From: an uncultured Actinomycetota bacterium
Lineage (GTDB): Bacteria; Actinomycetota; Actinomycetes; JAHEKZ01
Assembly: GCA_963829525.1 (NCBI GenBank)
Contig: CAWHIJ010000003.1
Span: 1,440,001 to 1,504,000 of the forward strand
Length of the DNA stretch: 64,000 nt
Direction: 5' to 3'
Shown piece by piece: positions 20,733-30,913 of this stretch (positions are counted from its first letter, which is position 1; every line of letters begins with the position of its first letter). The notes below the pieces were generated by a model. That model was not told the origin of the DNA. It saw nothing but the letters and a program-made list of their open reading frames with translations, and made no database searches. A program made the position numbers and the translations under genes.

Positions 20733-21010
20733 CTATGCCCCCGGAGCTCGGGTAACGCGGATCGCCTGCTGGTCTACCGTCGGCGAGCCACGCCGCTGGC
20801 GTTTACCTCCATAGTGCGCGTCATCCTCGTCGTAGTAGCCCTCGCAGTTGTACCAGGCGTGCATCGGCACATGTCCAGGGTCCTTCTGGAACTCGACCTC
20901 ACCCCAGACTGCCAGCGTCCTCTCGATCGAGATGCCCGCGCCACGTCGCTCGAACGTAATGGTGGAAGGATCGTCGAGCTCGTTCTCCACCCATGCTTCA
21001 CATGTCTCCC
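20733..21010 (-). pseudogene. Probable N-terminally truncated hypothetical protein
   Basis: Protein-like segment WETCEAWVENELDDPSTITF...WYNCEGYYD that runs into the integrase fragment with no convincing start. Confidence 0.35.
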
Positions 21011-21602
21011 ACGCCCACCGAGCAGGTGTGGGCGCTACACGACGCGATGCCCGAACACCTGCGTGCTGCCGTGCTTCTGGGGGCCTTCGCGGGACTGCGC
21101 GTGTCGGAGGTGTGTTGGCTTCGAGTGCGCGACGTGGACTACATGCACGGCGTGATCCACCCAACGGTGCAATACCCGTCCGAGACTCTGAAATCAGACA
21201 CCGCGTCGATGCCCGTGCCCATCCCGCAAGACTTAGCGATGGCCCTGGCGGCGCACGTCACATCGTCGTCTTGGGGCGAGACGCTTCTATGCAACGAGTG
21301 GGGGAAGCAGCTGCACCCGCGGACGCTAGAGCCCACTATCGGGCTGCTCGGGATCGGGTCGCAGGACTCCCGCCCGGCTTCCGGTTCCACGACCTGCGCC
21401 ACTACTACGCAAGCCTTCTCATCAAGGACGGCGGTGACGTGAGAGTGGTCCAGGCACGGATGCGACACGGACCGGCCAAGACCACCCTCGACACCTACGC
21501 GCACATGCGGCCCGACAGTGACGACTGCACAGGGGCCACCGTGGCGTCCGTTTCGCCCAACGTGCGGACTCATTGCGGACTTCAGGGGAGGGCCGCGCGT
21601 GA
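21010..21602 (+). mobile_element. Tyrosine recombinase/integrase remnant (catalytic domain only, two frameshifts)
   Basis: AGLRVSE (R); frameshift near 21330; FHDLRHYYAS (HxxR), MRHG (H), TYAH (Y); second shift near 21551 gives RADSLRT..stop 21602; ends 26 bp from the glnA stop. Confidence 0.9.
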
Positions 21603-21628
21603 AACTGCAGGTCAGCGCCTCACTGGTG

Positions 21629-23053
21629 CTAAATGTCGTAGTAGAGCTCGAACTCATGCGGGGTCGGGCGCAGCTGGATCGGGGCGACCTCGTTCTGGCG
21701 CTTCCAGTCGATCCATGTCTCGATCAGGTCCGGTGTGAAAACGCCGCCTTCGAGCAGGTACTCGTGGTCCTTCTCCAGCGCAGTGAGCACCTCGGGCAGC
21801 GAGCCCGGCACCTGCGGGATGTCAGCGCGCTCTTCGGGCGGCAGTTCGTAGAGGTCCTTGTCGACTGGTTCCGGCGGCTCGATCTTGTTCTTAACCCCAT
21901 CAATGCCGGCGAGCAGCATGGCCGCGAATGCGAGATACGGGTTCGCCGACGGATCGGGGACGCGGAACTCGATCCGCTTGGCCTTCGGGTTGCTTCCGGT
22001 GATCGGGATGCGAATGCAGGCCGAACGGTTGCGCTGTGAGTAGACCAGGTTGACCGGTGCCTCGTAGCCAGGGACCAGGCGGCGGAAGCTGTTGACCGTC
22101 GGGTTGGTGAAAGCGAGCAGGCTCGGTGCGTGTGCCAGGAGCCCGCCGATGTACCAGCGCGCGGTGTCCGAAAGGCCGCCGTACCCCATCTCGTCGTAGA
22201 AGAGGGGGACGCCATCCTTCCAGAGGCTTTGGTGGCAGTGCATACCAGAGCCGTTGTCGCCGAAGAGTGGCTTGGGCATGAAGGTCGCGGTGCGACCGTT
22301 CTTCCATGCCACGTTCTTGATGATGTACTTGAAGAGCATGATCTGGTCGGCTGAGTGCGTCAGCGTGGAGAACTTGTAGTTGATCTCGGCCTGCCCGCCG
22401 GTACCAACCTCGTGGTGGGCGCGCTCAACCTCGAGGCCAGCGTCCCCCAGGGCAAGGCTCATCTCGTCGCGTAGGTCGGCGAAGTGGTCGACGGGGGGAA
22501 CGGGGAAGTAGCCACCCTTGAAGCGCGTCTTGTAGCCCAGGTTGCCGCCCTCTTCCTTGCGACCGCTGTTCCACGCGCCTTCGATGGAGTCGACGAAATA
22601 GCTGGCGGTGTTCTGCTTGGTCTCGAAGCGCACGTCGTCGAAGACGTAGAACTCGGCCTCGGCGCCGAAGTAGACCGTGTCGGCGATCCCGGTGCTCTTG
22701 AGGTACTCCTCGGCCTTGGCCGCGATGTTGCGTGGGTCGCGGCTGTACGGCTCATCGGTGAAGGGGTCGCGGATCGAGAAGTTGATGACAAGCGTCTTCT
22801 CGGCGCGGAACGGGTCGATGTAGGCGGTCTTGGGGTCGGGCACGAGCTTCATGTCTGACTCGTGAATGGCTTGAAAGCCACGGATCGAGGAGCCGTCGAA
22901 CATCAAGCCCTCGTCGAAGGCTGCCTGATCAAAGCTGGTGGCCGGCACGTTGAAGTGCTGCATCACCCCCGGCAGGTCACAGAAACGGACGTCAACGAAC
23001 TTCACGTCGTTGTTCTTGATGTAGCCAAGGACTTCGTCAGCGCTAGTGAACAT
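21629..23053 (-). CDS. glnA: Glutamine synthetase type I
   Basis: [51 protein letters not shown] adenylylation site; ATG at 23053. Confidence 0.98.
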   Translation of the reverse strand: MFTSADEVLGYIKNNDVKFVDVRFCDLPGVMQHFNVPATSFDQAAFDEGLMFDGSSIRGFQAIHESDMKLVPDPKTAYIDPFRAEKTLVINFSIRDPFTDEPYSRDPRNIAAKAEEYLKSTGIADTVYFGAEAEFYVFDDVRFETKQNTASYFVDSIEGAWNSGRKEEGGNLGYKTRFKGGYFPVPPVDHFADLRDEMSLALGDAGLEVERAHHEVGTGGQAEINYKFSTLTHSADQIMLFKYIIKNVAWKNGRTATFMPKPLFGDNGSGMHCHQSLWKDGVPLFYDEMGYGGLSDTARWYIGGLLAHAPSLLAFTNPTVNSFRRLVPGYEAPVNLVYSQRNRSACIRIPITGSNPKAKRIEFRVPDPSANPYLAFAAMLLAGIDGVKNKIEPPEPVDKDLYELPPEERADIPQVPGSLPEVLTALEKDHEYLLEGGVFTPDLIETWIDWKRQNEVAPIQLRPTPHEFELYYDI

Positions 23054-23128
23054 GCATCCTCCAGAAGGGCCGGCTCGCTTCCCCACGAGCCGGGGCGGGC
23101 GGAACGTGCGTGACGCTACGGGGGTGCG

Positions 23129-23166
23129 GTTTCCCGTCGGTGTCCCCAGTGTTTCAGCCGCGTTAC
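23129..23166 (-). promoter_or_regulatory. GlnR binding box upstream of glnA
   Basis: Minus strand GTAAC-n6-GAAAC-n6-GACAC-n6-GAAAC, followed by -10-like TAGCGT; fits the actinobacterial GlnR consensus gTnAc-n6-GaAAc. Confidence 0.85.
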
Positions 23167-23271
23167 TTGACGCAGTTGGGGGCATCTAGTCGATGACCGA
23201 CAGCGCCACCCGCAGGCGGCCCAGGACCTCGCCGGACGTCGCTCCGCCTCTCATCGCATCCTCGACGCGGG

Positions 23272-23295
23272 AGCCGCTGCCGCGCCGCAGCGGCT
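23272..23295 (-). terminator. GC-rich hairpin downstream of GNAT gene
   Basis: agccgctgc-loop-gcagcggct, 9-bp stem immediately after the stop. Confidence 0.45.
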
Positions 23296-23296
23296 G

Positions 23297-23923
23297 TCAG
23301 GCGGGGCTCTGAAGAGTGGCGTCCCGGCGCATCGCCCACGCCGCCGGCCCGTTCTTGCCGAGGGTTGCCTCCTCGAGCACGCTGAACCCGAGCCGTTCGT
23401 AGAAAGGCACGTTGGCGGGGGTGTTGGTGTTGAGGTAGCACGGCAGCCCCGCCTGGTCCGCCCGGTTCAACCCGTCGCGCACGAGTGCGCTGCCGCGTCC
23501 CCGACCCTGCAGCGCAGGGTCCACTCCGACGATCAGCAGCTCCCAGTGAAGTCCGCTCATGTGGCGCTTGTGGATTTTGTCCATGACCCCGTTCGCACCC
23601 CCGAACCGGGCCAAGGGCCGCAGCCCGGTCCGCAAGGGCACGGCGAGCATTCCGCAGCGGACCAACCGCCCGGGGGACATCGGTACCCCGGGCGGGATCC
23701 AGATCGCGACGCACCGGCCCTCGTCGGACTGCCGGACGTACCCATAGCGCAGCCCGTACTCGAGAGGCACCCGGTTGAGTCGGCGCAGGCCGCGTGACCG
23801 GGCAGCAGGGTCGGGGAACACCCACCCGAACATCGAATCGTCCATGAAGGCCGCCACGAGCGTGTCGTTGGCCGCGTCCAACATTGACCGGTCGAACGGT
23901 GCGACTGCAGAGCTGTCATCCAT
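23297..23923 (-). CDS. GNAT family N-acetyltransferase
   Basis: GVDPALQGRGRGSAL acetyl-CoA motif; NVPFYERLGF. Confidence 0.9.
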   Translation of the reverse strand: MDDSSAVAPFDRSMLDAANDTLVAAFMDDSMFGWVFPDPAARSRGLRRLNRVPLEYGLRYGYVRQSDEGRCVAIWIPPGVPMSPGRLVRCGMLAVPLRTGLRPLARFGGANGVMDKIHKRHMSGLHWELLIVGVDPALQGRGRGSALVRDGLNRADQAGLPCYLNTNTPANVPFYERLGFSVLEEATLGKNGPAAWAMRRDATLQSPA

Positions 23924-24113
23924 ACCGAAACTCCGCTTCGTGGGTTAAGGGACCCGAACGTACCCGCTGGCCAAATCGGCGGAGGCCTGGGGGGCTGAGG
24001 TGGCGGTAACGGCACCAAGGTGACGTTCGACGTCACCTGATCATCGTGCCCAGGGGACGGAAGCGCGGGTCGCCGCGGGTGCGCCACGCGTGGCTGGCCC
24101 GTACCGTGGAGAG

Positions 24114-24584
24114 GTGGATCGCAAAGACATCGGATCGTGGCTCTCGGGGCCGCAGATCGATAACGGGCTCGACGGGACGATCGGGTATCCAGGCGAACGC
24201 CTCGGAATGCCCCCGTCCGGCCGCGGATCGGTGACCACCTGGGGTCGCCGCATCCTGGCGCTGGTCATCGATTGGTTCGTGGTCTTGGGCGTCTCTCTCG
24301 CACTGGTTGGACCGCCGAAGCCGGGCGATGACACCTTTGGGTTCGTCAACCTGGCCGTCTTGGTGTTGATGTACGTCACGCTGCTGATGACTGCTAGCGC
24401 AACGCTCGGGATGTGGCTGGTAGGTCTTGCCGTGTGGCCCGTCGGTTCGCAGCGGTTGTCGTTCCTGAGGGTCGTTGGCCGGTCGGTTCTGCTGGCGCTA
24501 GTCATCCCCGCTGTCGTCTACGACCGCGACCGACGCGGTCTGCACGACAAGGTCGGCGGCACTGTTGTGGTGCGCGTCCGCTAA
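24114..24584 (+). CDS. RDD family protein
   Basis: IGSWLSGP, YPGERLGMP, RRILALVIDW, DRDRRGLHDK; usual neighbour of glnA. Confidence 0.92.
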   Translation: MDRKDIGSWLSGPQIDNGLDGTIGYPGERLGMPPSGRGSVTTWGRRILALVIDWFVVLGVSLALVGPPKPGDDTFGFVNLAVLVLMYVTLLMTASATLGMWLVGLAVWPVGSQRLSFLRVVGRSVLLALVIPAVVYDRDRRGLHDKVGGTVVVRVR

Positions 24585-24585
24585 G

Positions 24586-25125
24586 TCACGACTGCTCGGG
24601 GCGGATCTTCATCAGGTACGTGACCGTTGGCTTCATTCCGCGCTGCAGATAGAAGTCCAGCGCCCGGTCGTTCCCCTCCAGGACGGCCGTGAGGGTGGTT
24701 GCCGCGCCCCGGCGCCCCAGCTCTGCCTCGGCTGCGTCCATCAGTGCAGTGCCAACACCCTCACCGCGGACGTCTGCGGCCAAGATCAGAGTCTCGATCT
24801 CACCGATCCGGTCGCCGGTGTCCCACGTGTCGTCGGCGCCGAGTCGGATGTGGCAGAGCGCATAGCCGACGGGCTCGCCGCCGCGTTCGGCCAGGACTAC
24901 GAATGTGTCGGGCTCGGTGAAGAGCTCCTCGTAGAGCCGCCGTCTGCGGGGCCAGGACCGCTCCCGTCCGATCACCGGAATACCGGCATCGCCGACGGAC
25001 CGATGATGGTCGAAGAGGTGCAGCCAGAGGGGCTCAAGCAGGTCGATCACGTCGATCCCGCGGAGTGTGAAGGCAACGTTGCCATGCTCCCCGAGCGAAC
25101 CGCCGTCAGGCGTTGCTGCCCTCAT
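24586..25125 (-). CDS. GNAT family N-acetyltransferase; start uncertain
   Basis: VRGEGVGTALM, NDRALDFYLQRGM. Confidence 0.85.
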   Translation of the reverse strand: MRAATPDGGSLGEHGNVAFTLRGIDVIDLLEPLWLHLFDHHRSVGDAGIPVIGRERSWPRRRRLYEELFTEPDTFVVLAERGGEPVGYALCHIRLGADDTWDTGDRIGEIETLILAADVRGEGVGTALMDAAEAELGRRGAATTLTAVLEGNDRALDFYLQRGMKPTVTYLMKIRPEQS

Positions 25126-25135
25126 TGGACCCGGA

Positions 25136-25849
25136 CTAGCCGCGCATACTGCGCGCCTGCTTGGCGCTGCGCGGCATCGGGCCTTTCGGGATCGGCAGAG
25201 CGCCTTGCTGGGCACCAAGGGCCTTCAGCCTGTGGTTGAGTTCGTTGACTTGGCCCGCGGTGATCGACTTCGGCAGCTTGGTGACCGCACGTGGCAGCTT
25301 GCGCAACGGGACCTCGCCCTCGCCGCTCCCGGCGAAGAGCTCGTGGACGGTGATGTCGGGGGCGACGCGCGCCACCTTCCGCTTCTCCTGGGTCAGCAGG
25401 CCGCGTACGCGGTTGTGGTTGCCTTCCCCCACCAGGACGACTCCGGACCGGCCGACCACACGGTGGACGAGGTCTTGCTGCTTGGTGAAGGCCACCGCAG
25501 GGGTAACGGTCCATCCGCGACGCAGCATGTTGAGGGAGGCGGCTGCGGCACCTGGCTGTCCTTCGATCTGACCGTAGACGGCGCGCTCGGCACGTCGACC
25601 GAAGACCCAAGCGGTGAGGGTCAGCCCAGTCATGAGCCCCAGGAACCCGAGGACGACCGGGTAGCCGACAAAGACACCGATGCCCAGCAGTACGAGGAAC
25701 GGCAAGAAGAAGCAGGCCATCAAGATCCACGGGATTTTGGGGTCGGCCTTCTTGGTGATGTCATACGTCTGCTTGATCTGCGCGAGGCGTCCGGGCTTGT
25801 CGGGCTCAGCCGGATCCTGATGCTTTTTCTTCCGGTTCCACAGTGCCAT
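25136..25849 (-). CDS. DUF4191 family membrane protein
   Basis: QIEGQPGAAA, HRVVGRSGVVLVGEG, PIPKGPMP; conserved between lipA and glnA. Confidence 0.9.
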   Translation of the reverse strand: MALWNRKKKHQDPAEPDKPGRLAQIKQTYDITKKADPKIPWILMACFFLPFLVLLGIGVFVGYPVVLGFLGLMTGLTLTAWVFGRRAERAVYGQIEGQPGAAAASLNMLRRGWTVTPAVAFTKQQDLVHRVVGRSGVVLVGEGNHNRVRGLLTQEKRKVARVAPDITVHELFAGSGEGEVPLRKLPRAVTKLPKSITAGQVNELNHRLKALGAQQGALPIPKGPMPRSAKQARSMRG

Positions 25850-25932
25850 GGGGGAAGCCTACGGCCCGGCGACTGTCAGGAGGCTGCGCGGGTCAGCGAA
25901 CACCAACCGCGTGATGAGGGGGAGTGTGGGGA

Positions 25933-26865
25933 TCACTGCCGCGAGTCTCTGGCGTCGATGGCCTGTTGGTAGAGGCGTCCGGCACGGTAGGACGACCGCA
26001 CCAACGGGCCGCTCATCACCGCGACGATGCCGCGGTCGATGGCCTCCCGACCCAGCGCGTCGAACTCTTCGGGCGTGACCCATCGCGATATGGGGTGATG
26101 CCGCTCGCTCGGCCGCAGGTACTGGGTGATCGTGAGCAGCTCGCATCCGGCGACGACAAGCTGGTCAATCGCCTCGAGGATCTCGCTCGGCTCCTCGCCG
26201 AGGCCCAGGATGAGGTTCGACTTGGTGACCATTCCCGCTTCGCGAGCGGCGGTGATGACGTCCAACGACCTCTGGTAGCGAAAGCCCGGACGGATGCTGC
26301 GAAAGATACGAGGGACGGTCTCGACGTTGTGAGCCAACACCTGCGGGGCAGACGCAAACACCTGCGCAAGTAGTTCGGGGTCACCGGAGAAGTCGGGGAT
26401 CAGCAGCTCGACGCCGGTGTCGGGGTTGAGCGCGTGGATCTGGCGCACGGTCTCGGCGTAGAGCCAGGCGCCCTCGTCAGCGAGGTCGTCGCGTGCGACG
26501 CCGGTGACGGTGGCGTACCGGAGGTTCATGGTGCGGACGCTCTCGGCCACGCGCAGGGGCTCGCCGGCGTCCAGCGGCTCAGGCCTGCCGGTGTCGATCT
26601 GGCAGAAGTCGCAACGGCGCGTGCACTGGTCACCGCCGATCAGGAAGGTGGCCTCGCGGTCTTCCCAGCACTCGAAGATGTTGGGGCACCCCGCTGCTTC
26701 GCAGACGGTGTGCAGGCCTTCGTCCTTGACGAGTTTCTTGATCTGCTGGTACTCCGGGCCGGTCCTGAGCTTGGTCTTGATCCACGGGGGCTTACGCTCG
26801 ATTGGCGTCTCGGCATTGCGCGCCTCGATGCGGAGTAGCTTTCGACCCTCGGGAAGGACGGTCAT
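25933..26865 (-). CDS. lipA: Lipoyl synthase
   Basis: [12 protein letters not shown] and CTRRCDFC cluster motifs; VRSSYRA. Confidence 0.97.
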   Translation of the reverse strand: MTVLPEGRKLLRIEARNAETPIERKPPWIKTKLRTGPEYQQIKKLVKDEGLHTVCEAAGCPNIFECWEDREATFLIGGDQCTRRCDFCQIDTGRPEPLDAGEPLRVAESVRTMNLRYATVTGVARDDLADEGAWLYAETVRQIHALNPDTGVELLIPDFSGDPELLAQVFASAPQVLAHNVETVPRIFRSIRPGFRYQRSLDVITAAREAGMVTKSNLILGLGEEPSEILEAIDQLVVAGCELLTITQYLRPSERHHPISRWVTPEEFDALGREAIDRGIVAVMSGPLVRSSYRAGRLYQQAIDARDSRQ

Positions 26866-27539
26866 CGGGCAGCCACCGCCGCAGTCGTCAACGTCGGCAA
26901 GTGCTGCTCTAACACCGGGAGAACATCAGCGACGCTCAGCGACGAGAGCCCGCGGCGCTCGCGCTCGATCGAAAGGGTCGTCACACCGGCGTCGACAATC
27001 CCGCATGGAACGATCACGTGGTAGGCGTCCAGGGAATTGCAGACGTTGAGTGCGAACCCGTGCATGGTGACACCGCGCGCGACGCGGACGCCGATCGCCC
27101 CGAGTTTGCGCTCAGGTCCGTGATCGTCGGCCGGGATCCAGACACCACTGCGTCCGCCGATACGCACGGTGTCGACGCCCACGTCATCGCAGACATCGAT
27201 CAGCACCTGCTCGACCCGCCGGACATATTCGACGACGTCGATGGGGTCCCGCAGCCGCGTGATGGGGTAGCCGACGATCTGGCCGGGCCCGTGCCAGGTG
27301 ATGCGTCCACCCCGGTCAACGTCCACCACCGGTGTGCCGTCGGTCGGACGCTCCCATGAGTTGGTCCGTTTGCCGGCGGTGTACACGGGCGAGTGCTCGA
27401 GCAGCAGGACTGTTTCAGGCTGCGCCCCGGCGACCACGTCAGCATGCAACTGCTGCTGCCGCGTCCAGGCCTCGTGGTAGTCCACATAGCCTTCACCGAG
27501 TGGTGGGCCGAAGCCGGCACGCACAACCGATAGCGACAT
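26862..27539 (-). CDS. lipB: Lipoyl(octanoyl) transferase
   Basis: [35 protein letters not shown]. Confidence 0.97.
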   Translation of the reverse strand: MSLSVVRAGFGPPLGEGYVDYHEAWTRQQQLHADVVAGAQPETVLLLEHSPVYTAGKRTNSWERPTDGTPVVDVDRGGRITWHGPGQIVGYPITRLRDPIDVVEYVRRVEQVLIDVCDDVGVDTVRIGGRSGVWIPADDHGPERKLGAIGVRVARGVTMHGFALNVCNSLDAYHVIVPCGIVDAGVTTLSIERERRGLSSLSVADVLPVLEQHLPTLTTAAVAAR

Positions 27540-27623
27540 GAGTCCAGACTACGTCGCCGGGCGGCGAGCAGGCTGCTGCCCTAGATTGCTCATGATCACT
27601 TTCGCGTCCAAGGGAGCTCTTGC

Positions 27624-30128
27624 GTGTCCGATTCAGCGCCACAGGGGCCAGACGCGTCTTCAGCCCACGAGATGCACGCCAGGACGCGGCATGCCCGCGC
27701 CTGGGTGTGGGGAGCCATCGTCCTCATCATTGGCTGGTTCATGCTGGGCAGCGTTATCGGGCCGGCGGCTGGACAGCTCTCCAGCGCACAGGAGAACGAC
27801 AACGCCACCTTCCTGCCCGCTGACGCCGAGGCGACCAAGGTCATCGAGAAGCAGAAGCTGTTCGCCCAGGAATCCACCTTGCCTGTGGTGGTGCTCTTCG
27901 TCAGCGACGCCCCGACCTCCCCAGAGCAGCAGCAGGCGGTAGCTGGCTTCGTCGACGAAGTCCCTTCGCTGCCTGTCACGACCGACACGGACGTCACAGC
28001 GCCTCTCTCGGACTTCCTCTCCTCGGCGCCAGTCACCGCCGTGCCGTCAGAAGACGGTCAGGCGATCCTGGTGACCGTCTTGCTGTCGGAGGACAAGACC
28101 ACCGAGGCGCTGCCGAACGGTGAGTCGCCGGTGCTGGCCGTCGTTGACTCGCTCTCTGAGGCGGCAACGGATGCTGCCGATCCGGTCGGGCTGGAGAGTT
28201 ACGTCACAGGTCCCGCCGGGCTGCTCGCCGACTTGATCTCGGTCTTCGGTGCCATTGACGGAACCCTGCTGTTGGCTACCGCGCTGGTCGTCACCTTGAT
28301 CCTGGTTCTCGTCTACCGGAGCCCGTTCCTTTGGGTGATCCCGCTCGTCAGCGCAGGTTTTGCCCTGTCGCTGGCCAGCGCGGTGGTCTATCTCCTGGCC
28401 AAGAACGACGTCCTCAGCCTCAACGGTCAGAGTCAGGGGATTCTGACCGTCTTGGTCTTCGGCGCGGGTACGGACTACGCGCTGTTGACGGTGAGCCGAT
28501 ATCGCGAAGAGCTGCACTACTACGAGCGCCCCGTGGACGCACTTAAGGCGGCATGGCGCGGCACCGTCGAGCCGATTCTCGCCTCAGGCGGCACGGCGTC
28601 ACTCGGACTGCTGATGCTGCTCTTTTCCGAGCTGAACTCAAACAAGTCGACGGGCCCTGTTGCGGCGGTCGGAATTGCCGCCGCCCTCGTGGTCATGCTG
28701 ACGCTGCTGCCGGCTCTCTTGCTGGTGCCGTCCGCGGCGCTTCCACTTGCTGCCTTCTTGATCGTGGTGATCCCTGGAATCTTGCTGGAACTGATCTTCG
28801 GTACTCCGCTCCTGCCGTTCGCCGCGGTGGGCGGCGTGCTCGCAGCCCTGGCGCTGATTGCGGTCATCGTCGGGGGGCTCTACCGACAGTTCAGCACCCC
28901 TGGCAGTCGTCGGCGGCTGTTCGACGTGGAGCCAGTCCGGTGGGCCTTCTGGCCACGCGTGCCCAAGCTGGACACCAGTGACGACAAGCTCTCGGGCGGA
29001 TGGGCCAAGGTCAGCCGCCAGATCGGGCACCGTCCGCGGGTGGTGTGGATTGGTGCGGCTGCCGCCCTGCTGATCCTGGCCTTCTTCAGCACTACCCTGA
29101 ACGCGTCCGGAATCGCCACGACTGACCTGTTCGTCAATGAGGTCGACTCGGTCACCGGTCAGGAGAAGCTGGCCGAGCACTTCCCGGCAGGGGAGGGAAG
29201 CCCCGCGACTGTCATCGGTCCGGCCGACTCGGTGGAGGAGATGACCGCTGCCTTGTCCGAGCTCGACGGCGTCGCGGCCGTTGTGCCCTACACCGGCGCG
29301 CCAACAGGGCCGCCGCCTGAGGACGGTGCGCCGGTCGCGGCCCCGCTCCCGCCGTTGGTCGTCGACGGCCTCGTGCAGCTCGACGTCACCCTCACCGATG
29401 CTGCCGATTCCGACGCGGCGGAACAGACGGTGGTCGAGATGCGTAGCGTCCTCGATGACGTCGCTGGACAGGACGCTTTGGTCGGCGGAACCACGGCGGT
29501 GAACTACGACACGCAGCAGGCCAGCATTCGCGACAACAAGGTCGTCATCCCCCTCGTGCTGCTGGTGATCTTCGTCATCCTGATGATTCTGCTTCGTGCG
29601 ATCTTGGCCCCTGTGCTGCTCATCGGCACCGTTGTGCTGTCGTACTTCGCAACCTTGGGGCTGTCGGCGATCGCGTTCGACCTGCGTGGCTTCCCTGGAG
29701 CCGATGCTTCCTTCCCGCTGTTCACGTTCGTCTTCTTGGTGGCGCTAGGAATCGACTACAACATCTTCTTGATGACGCGCGTCCGCGAGGAGTCGCTGCG
29801 GCTGGGAACGAGACCGGGTCTGCTGCGGGGTCTGGCCGTGACCGGCGGCGTCATCACCAGCGCAGGTGTGGTGTTGGCCGCGACCTTCCTTGTGCTCGGT
29901 GTGCTGCCGTTGGTGGTCTTGCAGCAGATCGGTTTCGCCGTTGCCATCGGTGTCCTCATCGACACACTGATCGTGCGCTCACTGCTGGTGCCGGCGCTCT
30001 CGTATGAGATCGGCGGCAAGATCTGGTGGCCGTCCCGGTTGATGCGTCAGCCGGACGCGAGCATTGCGGAGCAGGAGGCGGCTGGCGTCCCGTACATCCG
30101 CGAGCCGGAGCACACGTCGTCCACCTGA
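27624..30128 (+). CDS. MMPL family transporter
   Basis: VLVFGAGTDYALL..SRYREEL and ALGIDYNIFLMTRVREE duplicated RND halves. Confidence 0.93.
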   Translation: MSDSAPQGPDASSAHEMHARTRHARAWVWGAIVLIIGWFMLGSVIGPAAGQLSSAQENDNATFLPADAEATKVIEKQKLFAQESTLPVVVLFVSDAPTSPEQQQAVAGFVDEVPSLPVTTDTDVTAPLSDFLSSAPVTAVPSEDGQAILVTVLLSEDKTTEALPNGESPVLAVVDSLSEAATDAADPVGLESYVTGPAGLLADLISVFGAIDGTLLLATALVVTLILVLVYRSPFLWVIPLVSAGFALSLASAVVYLLAKNDVLSLNGQSQGILTVLVFGAGTDYALLTVSRYREELHYYERPVDALKAAWRGTVEPILASGGTASLGLLMLLFSELNSNKSTGPVAAVGIAAALVVMLTLLPALLLVPSAALPLAAFLIVVIPGILLELIFGTPLLPFAAVGGVLAALALIAVIVGGLYRQFSTPGSRRRLFDVEPVRWAFWPRVPKLDTSDDKLSGGWAKVSRQIGHRPRVVWIGAAAALLILAFFSTTLNASGIATTDLFVNEVDSVTGQEKLAEHFPAGEGSPATVIGPADSVEEMTAALSELDGVAAVVPYTGAPTGPPPEDGAPVAAPLPPLVVDGLVQLDVTLTDAADSDAAEQTVVEMRSVLDDVAGQDALVGGTTAVNYDTQQASIRDNKVVIPLVLLVIFVILMILLRAILAPVLLIGTVVLSYFATLGLSAIAFDLRGFPGADASFPLFTFVFLVALGIDYNIFLMTRVREESLRLGTRPGLLRGLAVTGGVITSAGVVLAATFLVLGVLPLVVLQQIGFAVAIGVLIDTLIVRSLLVPALSYEIGGKIWWPSRLMRQPDASIAEQEAAGVPYIREPEHTSST

Positions 30129-30139
30129 CGACCCGGGGT

Positions 30140-30171
30140 TTGTTGCGCGGACGCGGGTGAATGCGTCGTTC
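30140..30171 (+). repeat. Dispersed 32-bp intergenic repeat, copy 1
   Basis: ttgttgcgc-gga-cgcgggtgaatgcgtcgttc; 29/32 identical to 54439-54470. Confidence 0.75.
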
Positions 30172-30175
30172 CTAG

Positions 30176-30913
30176 CTAGAGGGGGCCGGGTGGGAGTGGT
30201 GTCTCGGTGATGCCGCTGGGATTCTCGGGGGTTCGCTCGACTCGGTAGGCCATCGGGCCGCTCTCAGCTGTAGCGGAGCGGTCGATGATTACCTCGATCG
30301 GCTCGGTGCCCTCGTACAGGATGCCCGAGTAGTCGTCGGTGCAGTAGGTGGTGCCGAGCGTGCCGTCGGCCACCAGCGACTGAACCAGGGGACGGCGCTG
30401 CTCCTCGGAGTCGTAGTGAACGCCGTTGGAGTACGGCAGGAGGCCGAGACCGTTGGTGACGGCCCGTAGCTCGGGCCCGAATGAGTCGGTGGTCCCTCCG
30501 GTGTGCCAGCAGATCGACCCTGCGCTGACCCCGCCCAACACGACGCCGCGCTCCCACGCGTCACGCATGACGATGTCAACGCCATGCAGTTTCCAGCAGG
30601 CGAGCAGGTTGGCGACCGAGCCGCCGCCGACCCAAACTGCGTCGCTGGTCCCGAGCAGCTCGGCTGGATCGGCGTTCGGCATGGGAAAGAGCTCGAGGTG
30701 CTGCAGGTCGACGCTCCACCCGCGGAAGGCGGCGTACGACCTGGTGAGATAGCTGCGGTCATCGCCGCTGGCGGTCATGACGAAGGTCAGGCGCGGCCGG
30801 TCTTTGCCGGTGAGTGCGAGCATGCGACGGATCGACTCGCCTGGCTGGGGCGCCGTGTAGCGGTCGCCGGCGACGAAACCGCCCGAGGTGGCCATGATGC
30901 GGCGGGTCGTCAT
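30176..30913 (-). CDS. Peptidase E (family S51, glutamine amidotransferase-like)
   Basis: TASGD, VWVGGGSVANL, GVSAGSICW nucleophile motif, GVHYDSE. Confidence 0.9.
   Translation of the reverse strand: MTTRRIMATSGGFVAGDRYTAPQPGESIRRMLALTGKDRPRLTFVMTASGDDRSYLTRSYAAFRGWSVDLQHLELFPMPNADPAELLGTSDAVWVGGGSVANLLACWKLHGVDIVMRDAWERGVVLGGVSAGSICWHTGGTTDSFGPELRAVTNGLGLLPYSNGVHYDSEEQRRPLVQSLVADGTLGTTYCTDDYSGILYEGTEPIEVIIDRSATAESGPMAYRVERTPENPSGITETPLPPGPL

Noticed and set aside
20829-20844. GTCGTAGTAGccCTCG resembles the glnA 3' end (GTCGTAGTAGagCTCG), a possible second att site
   Set aside because: Only 14/16, lies inside a coding-like segment that also encodes E-x-YYD, and is too close to the integrase; probably chance
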